Assembly (NCBI RefSeq): GCF_022347785.1
Contig: NZ_JAKRGA010000005.1
Span: forward strand, 163,519-227,518
Direction of reading: 5' to 3'
Origin: Psychrobium sp. MM17-31
GTDB lineage: Bacteria > Pseudomonadota > Gammaproteobacteria > Enterobacterales > Psychrobiaceae
DNA: 64,000 bases
This document shows positions 27,375-35,386 of this stretch, one piece after another. The notes under the pieces were generated by a model. The model did no database searches and was not told the origin of the DNA. It worked only from the letters and a program-made list of their open reading frames with translations. Each line of letters opens with the position of its first letter. The stretch's first letter is position 1. The position numbers and the translations under genes are program-made.

Positions 27375-28309
27375 AAAATAGTCTCTCCTGCTAACTTTTT
27401 CTGGGCAAACTGCCCACGCTCTCTCACCGATGGTGCTGAGTCACCTACTAACTTGGTGATAAAAACTTGAGCTTCGTTTCCTAAAATATCGAGCTCGCGG
27501 ATCACTGTTTGCGCGATAACCCGACGGACAATACTCGATTTATCCTCTAGTCCCAGATGCAATAACTCAATTAGCGGTGTTTTCACTGAGATATCACGCG
27601 ACTCATAACAAGGCTCAACAATAATATTGCGATAATAATCTTTACTCACAATTAGATTAGAGCCAGAGCGCCAACGCACTTTTCGCTCTAGTAAGCAGCG
27701 ATAAGCCATAGCCCGTAGCGAAGGTACAACCGCAGACTGTGCTATTGCTAACAGCGAGTCGTCAATTGCAGTCCGCGCCATCAACTGACTCAAAATAAGA
27801 GTCTGCGGGCCACTAGTCGCGGTCGTTAAACGCTCAACAATCATAGGTAAAAACCTAACATCAGCAGCTATGTCACGGAGCAAGTTACGATCTTCATCTT
27901 CTATTCTTTGCCATGAACTCCAATGATTTAACGCATAAAACAGCGCTTCAACGACCTCTTGTGGCCGAGAACTTTCAACAACAGTAGTAATTACCTTTCT
28001 TGTCGCACAGCGTACTTGCGGTACCCAATCGTTAAGGCGGCGCAGTAATACCACCAAAAAGAATGCATTAGGTGCACCGCTATCCAAAGCCAAGATCGAC
28101 TTTTCACGTTGATAGCCACTCCATGAACACAAATTTAACCAATCTTTTTCAACCGACTCGCGACGCCAAAACTTCCAACTTGCAGCTGACTGGAGCGCAC
28201 TATCATTATCTACTTGATAACGTAGTTCACGCTCCCAATGATCGATATTATTCAGTGGTCGAGAGCCGTAAGTTGTTATGACATCACTGAGTACCCTAAC
28301 TTCACTCAT
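27371..28309 (-). CDS. Hypothetical alpha-helical repeat (HEAT/ARM-like) protein
   Basis: The 312-aa ORF is Leu/Ala-rich and amphipathic with repeat-like periodicity. It has 8-nt and 4-nt overlaps with its neighbours. Confidence 0.4.
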   Translation of the reverse strand: MSEVRVLSDVITTYGSRPLNNIDHWERELRYQVDNDSALQSAASWKFWRRESVEKDWLNLCSWSGYQREKSILALDSGAPNAFFLVVLLRRLNDWVPQVRCATRKVITTVVESSRPQEVVEALFYALNHWSSWQRIEDEDRNLLRDIAADVRFLPMIVERLTTATSGPQTLILSQLMARTAIDDSLLAIAQSAVVPSLRAMAYRCLLERKVRWRSGSNLIVSKDYYRNIIVEPCYESRDISVKTPLIELLHLGLEDKSSIVRRVIAQTVIRELDILGNEAQVFITKLVGDSAPSVRERGQFAQKKLAGETIF

Positions 28310-29138
28310 ATTTAGTAATCACCTCTCTAAACAACTGATTCAACAGATCAAAATCAGTAGTTTCATTGTGTTTAGGCGCACTAAAATCGGCGTGACGATC
28401 CAGCTCTTGCTCAATAAATCTGTTAATTACTGGCACAGCATCGATTAACTCTTTTTCGAGACTTTGGCGCTTGCGGGCAAGTAAGTCTTCGATGGCATTA
28501 TTGAGCTGGACATCATCAGCAATTAACACACGTAGCTTTTCAAACTCGATAGGCGCTGGTGAGTCGTATTGCTCCAACCAACGAATCGCCAATAGCGGTC
28601 GTAATACGTAAAAGTATTTTTTAAGCGGCACTTTAACGCCTTTCAAATACTCGCGGTAATTTCCTTTCGCCATATGCAGATAATGGTAAATTCCCTTGTG
28701 ACTCGCCACAACAGTGGGCATTAATTCGCGCACTGCGTTGGCAAAGTGTTGATCGTCGACATAAACAATAGGTGATTGAATCCATTCGATAAAAGCAGGA
28801 TTCGATTTCCAAAAGAGTTTAAGTGCCTTACGCAAATCCCAGCCATTGATATCTATTTCGTCAACAATTGGATACTCGATGACATCACGCTTGTCTTCAA
28901 CATCGAGTGACATATACCAGTCGCGTTGTTGTACATAGACAAAACGCACATCATAGTCGCTGTTTGGGCTAGAGAATCCCCATGCTCGACTGCCTGATTC
29001 TACGGCGAATAACACTTTAACGTTGTGCTCATGTTCCGCAGCGCGAATACGGCGCAAGATTTCAAAGCGTACTTCATCTGCGATGACTTCAGTTTCATTC
29101 ACCGTTAATACGTCATTTCTTTCTTCAAGTTCACTCAT
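28302..29138 (-). CDS. Pol-beta-superfamily nucleotidyltransferase
   Basis: The GS-X10-DxD motif is present (ESGSRAWGFSSPNSDYDVRF). The start overlaps the rtcA stop by 4 nt. Confidence 0.6.
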   Translation of the reverse strand: MSELEERNDVLTVNETEVIADEVRFEILRRIRAAEHEHNVKVLFAVESGSRAWGFSSPNSDYDVRFVYVQQRDWYMSLDVEDKRDVIEYPIVDEIDINGWDLRKALKLFWKSNPAFIEWIQSPIVYVDDQHFANAVRELMPTVVASHKGIYHYLHMAKGNYREYLKGVKVPLKKYFYVLRPLLAIRWLEQYDSPAPIEFEKLRVLIADDVQLNNAIEDLLARKRQSLEKELIDAVPVINRFIEQELDRHADFSAPKHNETTDFDLLNQLFREVITKYE

Positions 29139-30169
29139 GTCTGCTGCACCTCAATGTGATATAAGCTTTCGTTTTCCTGCGTTATCATAAAGTTAAGTTC
29201 TAAAAACTGCTTAATGACGTCGATATTCGTCGTTGTATGTAAACTTGGTTTAGTCGTTGTAAAACAGCCGCTTTGTGCTAATGCCAATGGCAACAAAAGT
29301 TGATCAGCTAAATGCTCCTCAACCGCCGCGTATGAAGCAATAAAATCACGAGCTCGTTTCGCGGCACCGTTAGCGACACGCTCAGCGGACACACCAACGC
29401 GACCAACTTCTTCAAACATAATGCTATTGTGTTCTGCTGCTATCGCCACTTGAAAACTATTACCAGGGGCTGGCGAGTCAACGTGTAAAAGCTCACCGTG
29501 AACATCTTGCCACGCCAAGGTTTCTTTCGCCGCAGCGATTTCTCGTACACCAATTTTATGAGCTAATTTACACATTAGCGCAGTCAGCGAACAACGCCGT
29601 TGTTGAGCGCTAAACTCAGCGCCAGCACTAGTTAGTTCAAGTGGTTTTAGTACGCGTGTCGGCTCAATAGTTATTGACCACTTGCCGCCACCAGCAGGAT
29701 AAAAACCATAGCGTTCAACACGCACTTGCGTCTTTACACCCATCTGCTCAAGCAAAGGTAAAAACGATTGCTGTAAAAAACTCAGTGACGGCGATTTACC
29801 ATTATGTGTGCCGCCTTCAAAGGTCACTGTCGAGGGTTTATCGGCGAAAGCCAGCGCCAACAAAATGGTTTGGCACACCAAGACAGTGCTGCCAGCGCTA
29901 CCAATGGCAAAATGATAGTCTCCGGCAGTAATTTTTCCCGGCACAAACTCGACGCTTTGAGAGCCAAGCTGCGCACCTGTAACTTGTCCATTAGTGATTT
30001 GCTGAGCCGCCAACACCGCAGTGAGATGTTGACGCAGTAATCCCGGCTTATTGCGCTTGGCGCGAATATTAATAAGCTTGAGTGGCTGGCCCGTCAGCAT
30101 AGCTAATGTTAGCGATGTTCTCAGTACTTGGCCGCCGCCTTCACCCATAGCGCCATCAATAGTTATCAT
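29135..30169 (-). CDS. rtcA: RNA 3'-terminal phosphate cyclase
   Basis: The 344-aa ORF begins IDGAMGEGGGQVLRTSL...KPGLLRQHLTAV and is collinear with E. coli RtcA. Confidence 0.9.
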   Translation of the reverse strand: MITIDGAMGEGGGQVLRTSLTLAMLTGQPLKLINIRAKRNKPGLLRQHLTAVLAAQQITNGQVTGAQLGSQSVEFVPGKITAGDYHFAIGSAGSTVLVCQTILLALAFADKPSTVTFEGGTHNGKSPSLSFLQQSFLPLLEQMGVKTQVRVERYGFYPAGGGKWSITIEPTRVLKPLELTSAGAEFSAQQRRCSLTALMCKLAHKIGVREIAAAKETLAWQDVHGELLHVDSPAPGNSFQVAIAAEHNSIMFEEVGRVGVSAERVANGAAKRARDFIASYAAVEEHLADQLLLPLALAQSGCFTTTKPSLHTTTNIDVIKQFLELNFMITQENESLYHIEVQQT

Positions 30170-30179
30170 CTTGATTACC

Positions 30180-31406
30180 TTATCCTTTTACACATACTAC
30201 TTGTTTTAGCGTGTAGACGACTTCCACTAAATCACTTTGCGCTGCCATCACCTTGTCGATGTCTTTATAGGCGTGAGGGATCTCATCGATAACTGCTGCG
30301 TCTTTACGACATTCGACCCCCTGCGTCGCCGCGATTTGATCATCGATGTTATAGACCTTTTTCGCCTTAGTACGCGACATTACGCGCCCAGCGCCGTGAC
30401 TACAACTGTTGAAACTCTCTGGATTTCCCAAGCCGCGAACGATAAACGAACACGCCCCCATGCTGCCGGGAATTATCCCCATTTCGCCTTTTTCTGCGCG
30501 CACTGCCCCTTTGCGAGTGACATAGCAATCTCTACCGAAATGACGCTCGCGCGAAATATAGTTATGGTGACAATTCACCGCTAATTCTGCGGCTTCAAAT
30601 GGCACAGGCATTTCTTTACGCAACGCAGCAATGGCATTCATCATCATAATTTCGCGATTTTTAGCCGCAAAGTCTTGCGCCCATTCCACCGCTTCAACGT
30701 AATCATCAAAGTATTCGCTACCTTCTTCAAGGTAGGCCAAGTCTTTGTCGGGTAAGTTGCGTTGATGACGCTCCATTTCTTTTTTGGCTAGCTCAATAAA
30801 ATAAGTTCCGATGCGGTTACCCACCCCGCGACTTCCCGAGTGCAGCATGATCCACACAGCATCGTTTTCATCTAAACAAAGCTCTAAAAAGTGATTCCCC
30901 GTCCCCATGGTCCCCAAGTGATTAACGTGATTACTCTTGCGAATTGCTGGGTGCTTTTGACAAATCAACTCGAAACGCTGCTCTAACTTTTTCCATTCGT
31001 GAGCAACAATCTCGGGAATGTTATGCCAAGCACCGCGATCACGACGGCCACCTCGCCCGCCAGTTCGGCCATGAGGAACAGCGGCCTCAAAAGCGTGACG
31101 GATCGCCGATAAATTATCTGGCAACTGACTCGCGGACAGCGTGGTTTTAGTGGCCACCATACCGCATCCAATATCGACACCAACCGCCGCTGGAATTACC
31201 GCATCTACCGACGGAATGACACTACCAATAGTTGCGCCTTTTCCTAAATGAACGTCGGGCATTACCGCAATATGCGAATGCACTATCGGCATCGACGCAA
31301 TATTGTGAAGCTGTTGCTTCGCTTCCTGCTCAAACGGCACCCCCTTGGTCCATGCCTTGATTGGCACATGGCCTTTATTTTCGATTGTGTTGTAATTTCC
31401 ACACAT
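30180..31406 (-). CDS. rtcB: RNA-splicing ligase RtcB (E. coli type)
   Basis: The 408-aa ORF is collinear with E. coli RtcB, including MPDVHLGKG, the HFGRDCYVTRKGAV motif, the HGAGR motif and the C-terminal ...LKQVVCVKG. Confidence 0.95.
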   Translation of the reverse strand: MCGNYNTIENKGHVPIKAWTKGVPFEQEAKQQLHNIASMPIVHSHIAVMPDVHLGKGATIGSVIPSVDAVIPAAVGVDIGCGMVATKTTLSASQLPDNLSAIRHAFEAAVPHGRTGGRGGRRDRGAWHNIPEIVAHEWKKLEQRFELICQKHPAIRKSNHVNHLGTMGTGNHFLELCLDENDAVWIMLHSGSRGVGNRIGTYFIELAKKEMERHQRNLPDKDLAYLEEGSEYFDDYVEAVEWAQDFAAKNREIMMMNAIAALRKEMPVPFEAAELAVNCHHNYISRERHFGRDCYVTRKGAVRAEKGEMGIIPGSMGACSFIVRGLGNPESFNSCSHGAGRVMSRTKAKKVYNIDDQIAATQGVECRKDAAVIDEIPHAYKDIDKVMAAQSDLVEVVYTLKQVVCVKG

Positions 31407-31420
31407 AATTTTTTCCTTGC

Positions 31421-32581
31421 CTAATCTGCGATTTTTACGACGTTATTCATTAATCCTTCTAGGCCGCCGTAAACCGTTAGGGAATCTATTTTGTCTGCCA
31501 CTTTTTCTAACGCTTCCAACTCTTTCAAGCGCATTAAAGTTGGGTTGTTTTCCATCACCTTAGCGGTATTGTGCAAGCTGCGCGTCGCCGATGTTTCTTC
31601 ACGGCGTTTGATGACATTGGCTTCTGCGGCTTTCTGCGCTTCTACCACCTGATTTAAAATCGCCTTCATTTCACCAGGTAAAATAATGTCTTTAACGCCA
31701 ACGCTCACCAAGCTAATGCCTAAATTGAGCAGACGCTGAGTAACCAGCTCTTTGACTGTTTCGTTGACATACAACTTATCGATTAAGATATCGTCTAGCG
31801 TTTTAGTACCTACCGCTTCACGCAATGCCAATTGCAGCGTTTTATAAACAAAGTCATCGACTTTATCGACGCTTTTCGCCGCTAAGGCTGCGTTTGTAAT
31901 ACGAATATTAGCGCTCAGATTAATGCGTAAGCTAACGCGATCTTTACTTAGAATCTCTTGGCCAGAAATATCCAATACTTGCTCACGACAATCGAATAAG
32001 CGCACGTCAATTACATCATTAAACTGCCAGTAGCCATATTGACCTGCGGTCAATTCACGCACCAATTCGCCGTTAATGTACAGCAACCCAAGATGATTGT
32101 TAGGTACGCTAATTTGTGCCACCGGCTGCACCGCAACTGTGCTATTACTGCGGATCAATCGACTCGCTATATTAGCACCCGCGCGATTAATAGCTCGCAG
32201 TGTTTTATTATCTACCGCAATGTCGTCCGTTAATGACACACGTTCAATCCGAATATCACCAGCAGCCTGCCAGAAGTAAGCATTTTCGTTTGGCGCAATT
32301 ACACCAAGCAACATATCGTTTAGATACATTAAACCCACTTCATCTTCCGCCACTTTTTGATGACCGACGTGCTGGCGAAGCAGTTCATAATCATTGTACA
32401 AACGCTCTGTGCTATTACCTGTAAAGAACACATCGTTAATGTCTGCTAATTCAAAAGTTAGTTCGTTTTTCACATCCCAAAGCGTGTGCTTGCCCGTCGC
32501 CAAAACATCAATCAACTTTTGATTTTTAAATACTAATACACGTTCATTTTCATTAATTGTTAATTTTTTTCTAAACATCAT
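31421..32581 (-). CDS. SPFH/Band-7 (stomatin/flotillin-like) domain protein, first gene of the rtc operon
   Basis: It has an SPFH-like core and a C-terminal coiled coil. The track ORF extends to 32617, but an AAGGA SD precedes the internal ATG (MMFRKK...), so the start at 32581 is preferred. No N-terminal TM is present. Confidence 0.7.
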   Translation of the reverse strand: MMFRKKLTINENERVLVFKNQKLIDVLATGKHTLWDVKNELTFELADINDVFFTGNSTERLYNDYELLRQHVGHQKVAEDEVGLMYLNDMLLGVIAPNENAYFWQAAGDIRIERVSLTDDIAVDNKTLRAINRAGANIASRLIRSNSTVAVQPVAQISVPNNHLGLLYINGELVRELTAGQYGYWQFNDVIDVRLFDCREQVLDISGQEILSKDRVSLRINLSANIRITNAALAAKSVDKVDDFVYKTLQLALREAVGTKTLDDILIDKLYVNETVKELVTQRLLNLGISLVSVGVKDIILPGEMKAILNQVVEAQKAAEANVIKRREETSATRSLHNTAKVMENNPTLMRLKELEALEKVADKIDSLTVYGGLEGLMNNVVKIAD

Positions 32582-32766
32582 TTTATTCCTTTTTCTGGCT
32601 ATCCCTTTGGATAGCATTAGTAAGGGTTAATTACTTAAATCAATCACGGCCCGTTCGTTATTGAGACTGGGGAGCGTCCTGCTTGCCAGCTTCAATCTTC
32701 GATTAGCGGTGGTTGTTTAGCGGCAACAACGGCTTACTAATTTTTTAAATGTATCTAGTAATCTAA

Positions 32767-32787
32767 TGGTGGGTATCGAACCCACAG
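32767..32787 (-). ncRNA. Isolated tRNA T-arm-like hairpin (GTGGGTTCGATACCCAC-CA), third partial tRNA-like unit
   Basis: The reverse complement reads CTGTGGGTTCGATACCCACCA. No D or anticodon arm is attached to it. Confidence 0.4.
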
Positions 32788-32815
32788 CACTTCTGCTTAC
32801 CGTTTTTAGTTTGGA

Positions 32816-32889
32816 AACTTAGAGTGGGAATCGAACCCACAACCAACGAATTAATAGTTCGCTGCTCTATCCAATTGAGCTATCTAGTT
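32816..32889 (-). ncRNA. Degenerate tRNA-like element, unit 2 (D-arm TAGCTCAATTGGATAGAGCA, T-arm GTGGGTTCGATTCCCAC)
   Basis: The reverse complement has canonical D and T arms. The acceptor stem has 2 mismatches (AACTAGA/TCTAAGT). The anticodon loop CUAUUAA would give A34, which is non-canonical. Confidence 0.5.
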
Positions 32890-32958
32890 TTAAGGAGGGA
32901 CTCGAACCCCCAACAGCCAATTCCTATAATTGGTGCTCTACCATTGAGCTACTTAATG
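32887..32958 (-). ncRNA. Degenerate tRNA-like element, unit 1 (D-arm TAGCTCAATGGTAGAGCA, T-arm GGGGGTTCGAGTCCCTCC)
   Basis: The D and T arms are canonical. The acceptor pairs at 5 of 7 positions. The anticodon loop lacks U33. The unit overlaps unit 2 by 3 nt. Confidence 0.5.
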
Positions 32959-33046
32959 TTTATCTATTGAGGCATACACAGTTGCATCGCTCAGTGCACC
33001 GAGGTGATTTTTGAATCACACTCTGATCAAATAGATACCTAGTAAT

Positions 33047-33062
33047 ATCAAGTGATGTGCCA
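33047..33062 (-). promoter_or_regulatory. Candidate sigma54 (-24/-12) promoter reading leftward into the tRNA-like elements and the rtc operon
   Basis: The minus strand reads TTGGCAC-ATCAC-TTGAT. TGGCAC is a perfect -24 element. The -12 element reads TTGA rather than TTGC. It is correctly placed relative to divergent rtcR. Confidence 0.35.
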
Positions 33063-33179
33063 ACCACATTTCAAATGTCAAAAAATCTTGTAACCAGTTG
33101 ATAATTAGATAAATAAAATATTTAAAGGCATTCATCTGCAAATTTAGATTGCACACAAAACACCATTAAAATATCCTTT

Positions 33180-33208
33180 TGGATACAATTTATTTAAAAT
33201 GGATACAA
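33180..33208 (+). promoter_or_regulatory. Direct repeat TGGATACAA x2 (20-bp periodicity) immediately upstream of the rtcR start
   Basis: Copies lie at 33180-33188 and 33200-33208. The spacing puts both sites on the same helix face. Confidence 0.3.
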
Positions 33209-33212
33209 CGGA

Positions 33213-34817
33213 ATGAATAAGAAGACGGTTGTCGTAAGCTTAATTGGAACGCAACTCGATTACGTCGGCAAAGGTAGTGCGCGCTGGTCGCGCTGGCGTC
33301 CGAATGTCAGTTTATGTAGTCAGGAAGACTTGATTGTCGACGAACTGCATCTTATTCACGACAATCGGAGTAGCCGCTTGGCTAACAATGTTGCGGTCGA
33401 TATTGAATCGGTATCGCCAGAAACGACCACCAGCCTGCATAACGTGCGATTTGAAGATCCGTGGGACTTCGAAGAGGTTTACGCCAAACTCTACGACTGG
33501 TGTCATCAACAAACTTTTGATACCGACCACAACGATTACCTGTTTCACATTACTACGGGTACTCACGTGGTACAGATCTGTAGTTATTTACTAACAGAGA
33601 GCCGCCATTTTCCGGGACGCTTAATTCAAACCTCTCCCGATCACCACAATCCGAATAGATCGATTGGCCGCACTCATATTATCGATTTAGATCTATCGAA
33701 GTATGATCAAATCGCCAGCCGATTCGACATTGAACATCAAACTGGCAAAGATTTCCTAAAAGGTGGTATTGCTACAAAAAACAAAGCTTTCAATGAGTTA
33801 ATCAGCCAAGTTGAGAAAGTTGCCATTCGTTCGACGGCACCAATATTACTCACGGGCCCAACAGGCGCCGGTAAGAGTCAGCTAGCAACGCGTATCTTTC
33901 AGCTCAAAAAAATGCGTGAATTGGTTTCAGGTTCCTTGGTTTCAGTAAACTGTGCCACTCTAAAGGGCGAAAATGCGATGGCGGCGTTATTCGGGCATAC
34001 CAAAGGCGCGTTTACCGGCGCGCAAAAAGCTCGCGACGGATTCTTATTAAGTGCCAACAACGGCGTACTGTTTCTAGATGAAATCGGCGAACTAGGCCTC
34101 GAAGAGCAAGCGATGCTGTTACACGCCATTGAAAACAAGAGTTTTTATCCGGTGGGTAGCGACGTGGCGGTGACTAGTAATTTCCAGCTGATTGCTGGTA
34201 CTAATCGCCAACTAAAACAAGAAATCGCCGCAGGTAAATTTCGCGAAGATTTATTAGCGCGGATTAACCTATGGACTTATCAGCTGCCAGCATTGCGCGA
34301 GCGCAAAGAAGATATTCCCGCTAACATCGATTACGAAATCGATTTATACGCCCAAACCAATGGCCAACGCGTCCAATTTAACAAAGAAGCACAGCAGCGT
34401 TTTCTCAAGTTCGCCCAGTCATCAGAAGCGTTGTGGACAGGCAACTTCCGCGATCTCAGTTCAGCTATTACTCGCATGTGTACGCTAGCCGATTCATCGC
34501 GTATCACCATCGATGATGTTAACGCCGAAATAGCGCGCTTAAGCCAAGCATGGCAACCTTCTGAAGTATCTAACAATAATGATATTTTGCTGAACTATTT
34601 CAATTCCGAACAAATCGCCGCTCTTGATAGTTTCGACGCTAACCAGCTAGCGTTCGTGCTACAACGCTGCCAAGACCACAATTCGATGGCCTCAGCTGGG
34701 CGAGAGCTATTTAACGTTAGTCGTACCAGCAAGGTGCAAGTTAATGATTCGAGTCGATTACAAAAATACCTGGCTAAGTTTGGCTTGAAGTGGAAAGATA
34801 TAGATGCGCGAAGATAG
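33213..34817 (+). CDS. rtcR: Sigma54-dependent transcriptional activator RtcR (CARF-AAA+-HTH)
   Basis: The 534-aa ORF is collinear with E. coli RtcR. It has N-terminal VVSLIGTQLDYVGKGSARWSRWRP, Walker A (GPTGAGKS), the GAFTGA sigma54-contact loop and a C-terminal HTH. Confidence 0.95.
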   Translation: MNKKTVVVSLIGTQLDYVGKGSARWSRWRPNVSLCSQEDLIVDELHLIHDNRSSRLANNVAVDIESVSPETTTSLHNVRFEDPWDFEEVYAKLYDWCHQQTFDTDHNDYLFHITTGTHVVQICSYLLTESRHFPGRLIQTSPDHHNPNRSIGRTHIIDLDLSKYDQIASRFDIEHQTGKDFLKGGIATKNKAFNELISQVEKVAIRSTAPILLTGPTGAGKSQLATRIFQLKKMRELVSGSLVSVNCATLKGENAMAALFGHTKGAFTGAQKARDGFLLSANNGVLFLDEIGELGLEEQAMLLHAIENKSFYPVGSDVAVTSNFQLIAGTNRQLKQEIAAGKFREDLLARINLWTYQLPALRERKEDIPANIDYEIDLYAQTNGQRVQFNKEAQQRFLKFAQSSEALWTGNFRDLSSAITRMCTLADSSRITIDDVNAEIARLSQAWQPSEVSNNNDILLNYFNSEQIAALDSFDANQLAFVLQRCQDHNSMASAGRELFNVSRTSKVQVNDSSRLQKYLAKFGLKWKDIDARR

Positions 34818-34826
34818 ACGAGCTAA

Positions 34827-34860
34827 GTTTCCGATTTGGAAACCACTAGTTGTTTATTTG
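34827..34860 (+). terminator. Rho-independent terminator candidate after rtcR (GTTTCC-gattt-GGAAAC plus T-rich tail)
   Basis: A 6-bp stem is followed by CACTAGTTGTTTATTTG, 10 nt after the rtcR stop. Confidence 0.45.
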
Positions 34861-35027
34861 CCCAGCGACTCACGCTAAACTAGCCTCATTGAAACGAATA
34901 TACCCAATTTTAGGTAACACCATGACATTAATACGAATAGTTAACTGGCAATACATCCGATATTGATCTCTTATGGCTCGTCCAAGGAGATCTTCTTTTG
35001 GGCGCGCAGCAACTATTCGACCTTCGA

Positions 35028-35056
35028 GCCCAGCACCTGTGACTGGGCTTTTTTAT
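35028..35056 (+). terminator. Rho-independent terminator (GCCCAG-N9-CTGGGC followed by TTTTTTAT)
   Basis: It lies 28 nt upstream of the ATG of the small gene at 35084. It may end an unannotated plus-strand transcript. Confidence 0.55.
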
Positions 35057-35083
35057 GCCCAATACTACGACAAGGAATAACCA

Positions 35084-35302
35084 ATGGGCATCAATACACC
35101 GATTAAACAACTCAATAGCGACGCCACCAAACTCGAAGTCATGGCACTGTTACTAAATGTCAGTAAATCTGCGGTAAGTAAGATGGGCAACAAGTCTATT
35201 GGCGACGTTAATCTCGCCAAACTAAAAGACTATGTTGAAGCGAGCGGCGGACAACTCAATCTACAAATCACCCTTGCGAATGGCGATGTGGTGTCTCTGT
35301 AA
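35084..35302 (+). CDS. Small hypothetical protein (72 aa), possible HTH DNA-binding protein
   Basis: An AAGGAA SD precedes it. A helical segment (TKLEVMALLLNVSKSAVSKM) could form an HTH. Support is weak. Confidence 0.4.
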   Translation: MGINTPIKQLNSDATKLEVMALLLNVSKSAVSKMGNKSIGDVNLAKLKDYVEASGGQLNLQITLANGDVVSL

Positions 35303-35308
35303 AACAAT

Positions 35309-35381
35309 GTAGCGAAGATACTGGGTATCGGCGGGCCTCCAAAACCTTGCCTGTAGGGTTCGAATCCCTATCGCTATGCCA
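35309..35381 (+). ncRNA. tRNA-like element or tRNA pseudogene (7-bp acceptor stem, T-arm TAGGGTTCGAATCCCTA, 3' GCCA) lacking canonical D and anticodon arms
   Basis: The acceptor stem GTAGCGA/TCGCTAT pairs perfectly apart from G-U at 1-72. A canonical T-arm is present. The interior 38 nt do not fold into D or anticodon arms. Confidence 0.4.
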
Positions 35382-35386
35382 CTTTC

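Noticed and set aside
32816-32958. Calling the two tRNA-like units genuine tRNA genes
   Set aside because: Their acceptor stems have 2 mismatches each. Their anticodon loops lack U33 and would present A34 (AUU) or have no 7-nt loop. They are better treated as tRNA mimics or pseudogenes pending a tRNAscan/Infernal score.
34928-35110. 60-aa minus-strand ORF between rtcR and the small HTH-like gene
   Set aside because: It overlaps a strong plus-strand intrinsic terminator and the start of the 35084 gene. It has no SD. It is more likely non-coding.
35309-35381. Interpreting the tRNA-like fragment as a duplicated att half-site of the adjacent tRNA-Met
   Set aside because: Its T-arm (TAGGGTTCGAATCCCTA) and acceptor (TCGCTATGCCA) differ from those of the neighbouring tRNA (GGCAGTTCAAATCTGCC / ACGGGCCACCA). 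It is therefore not a duplicate of that tRNA's 3' end.
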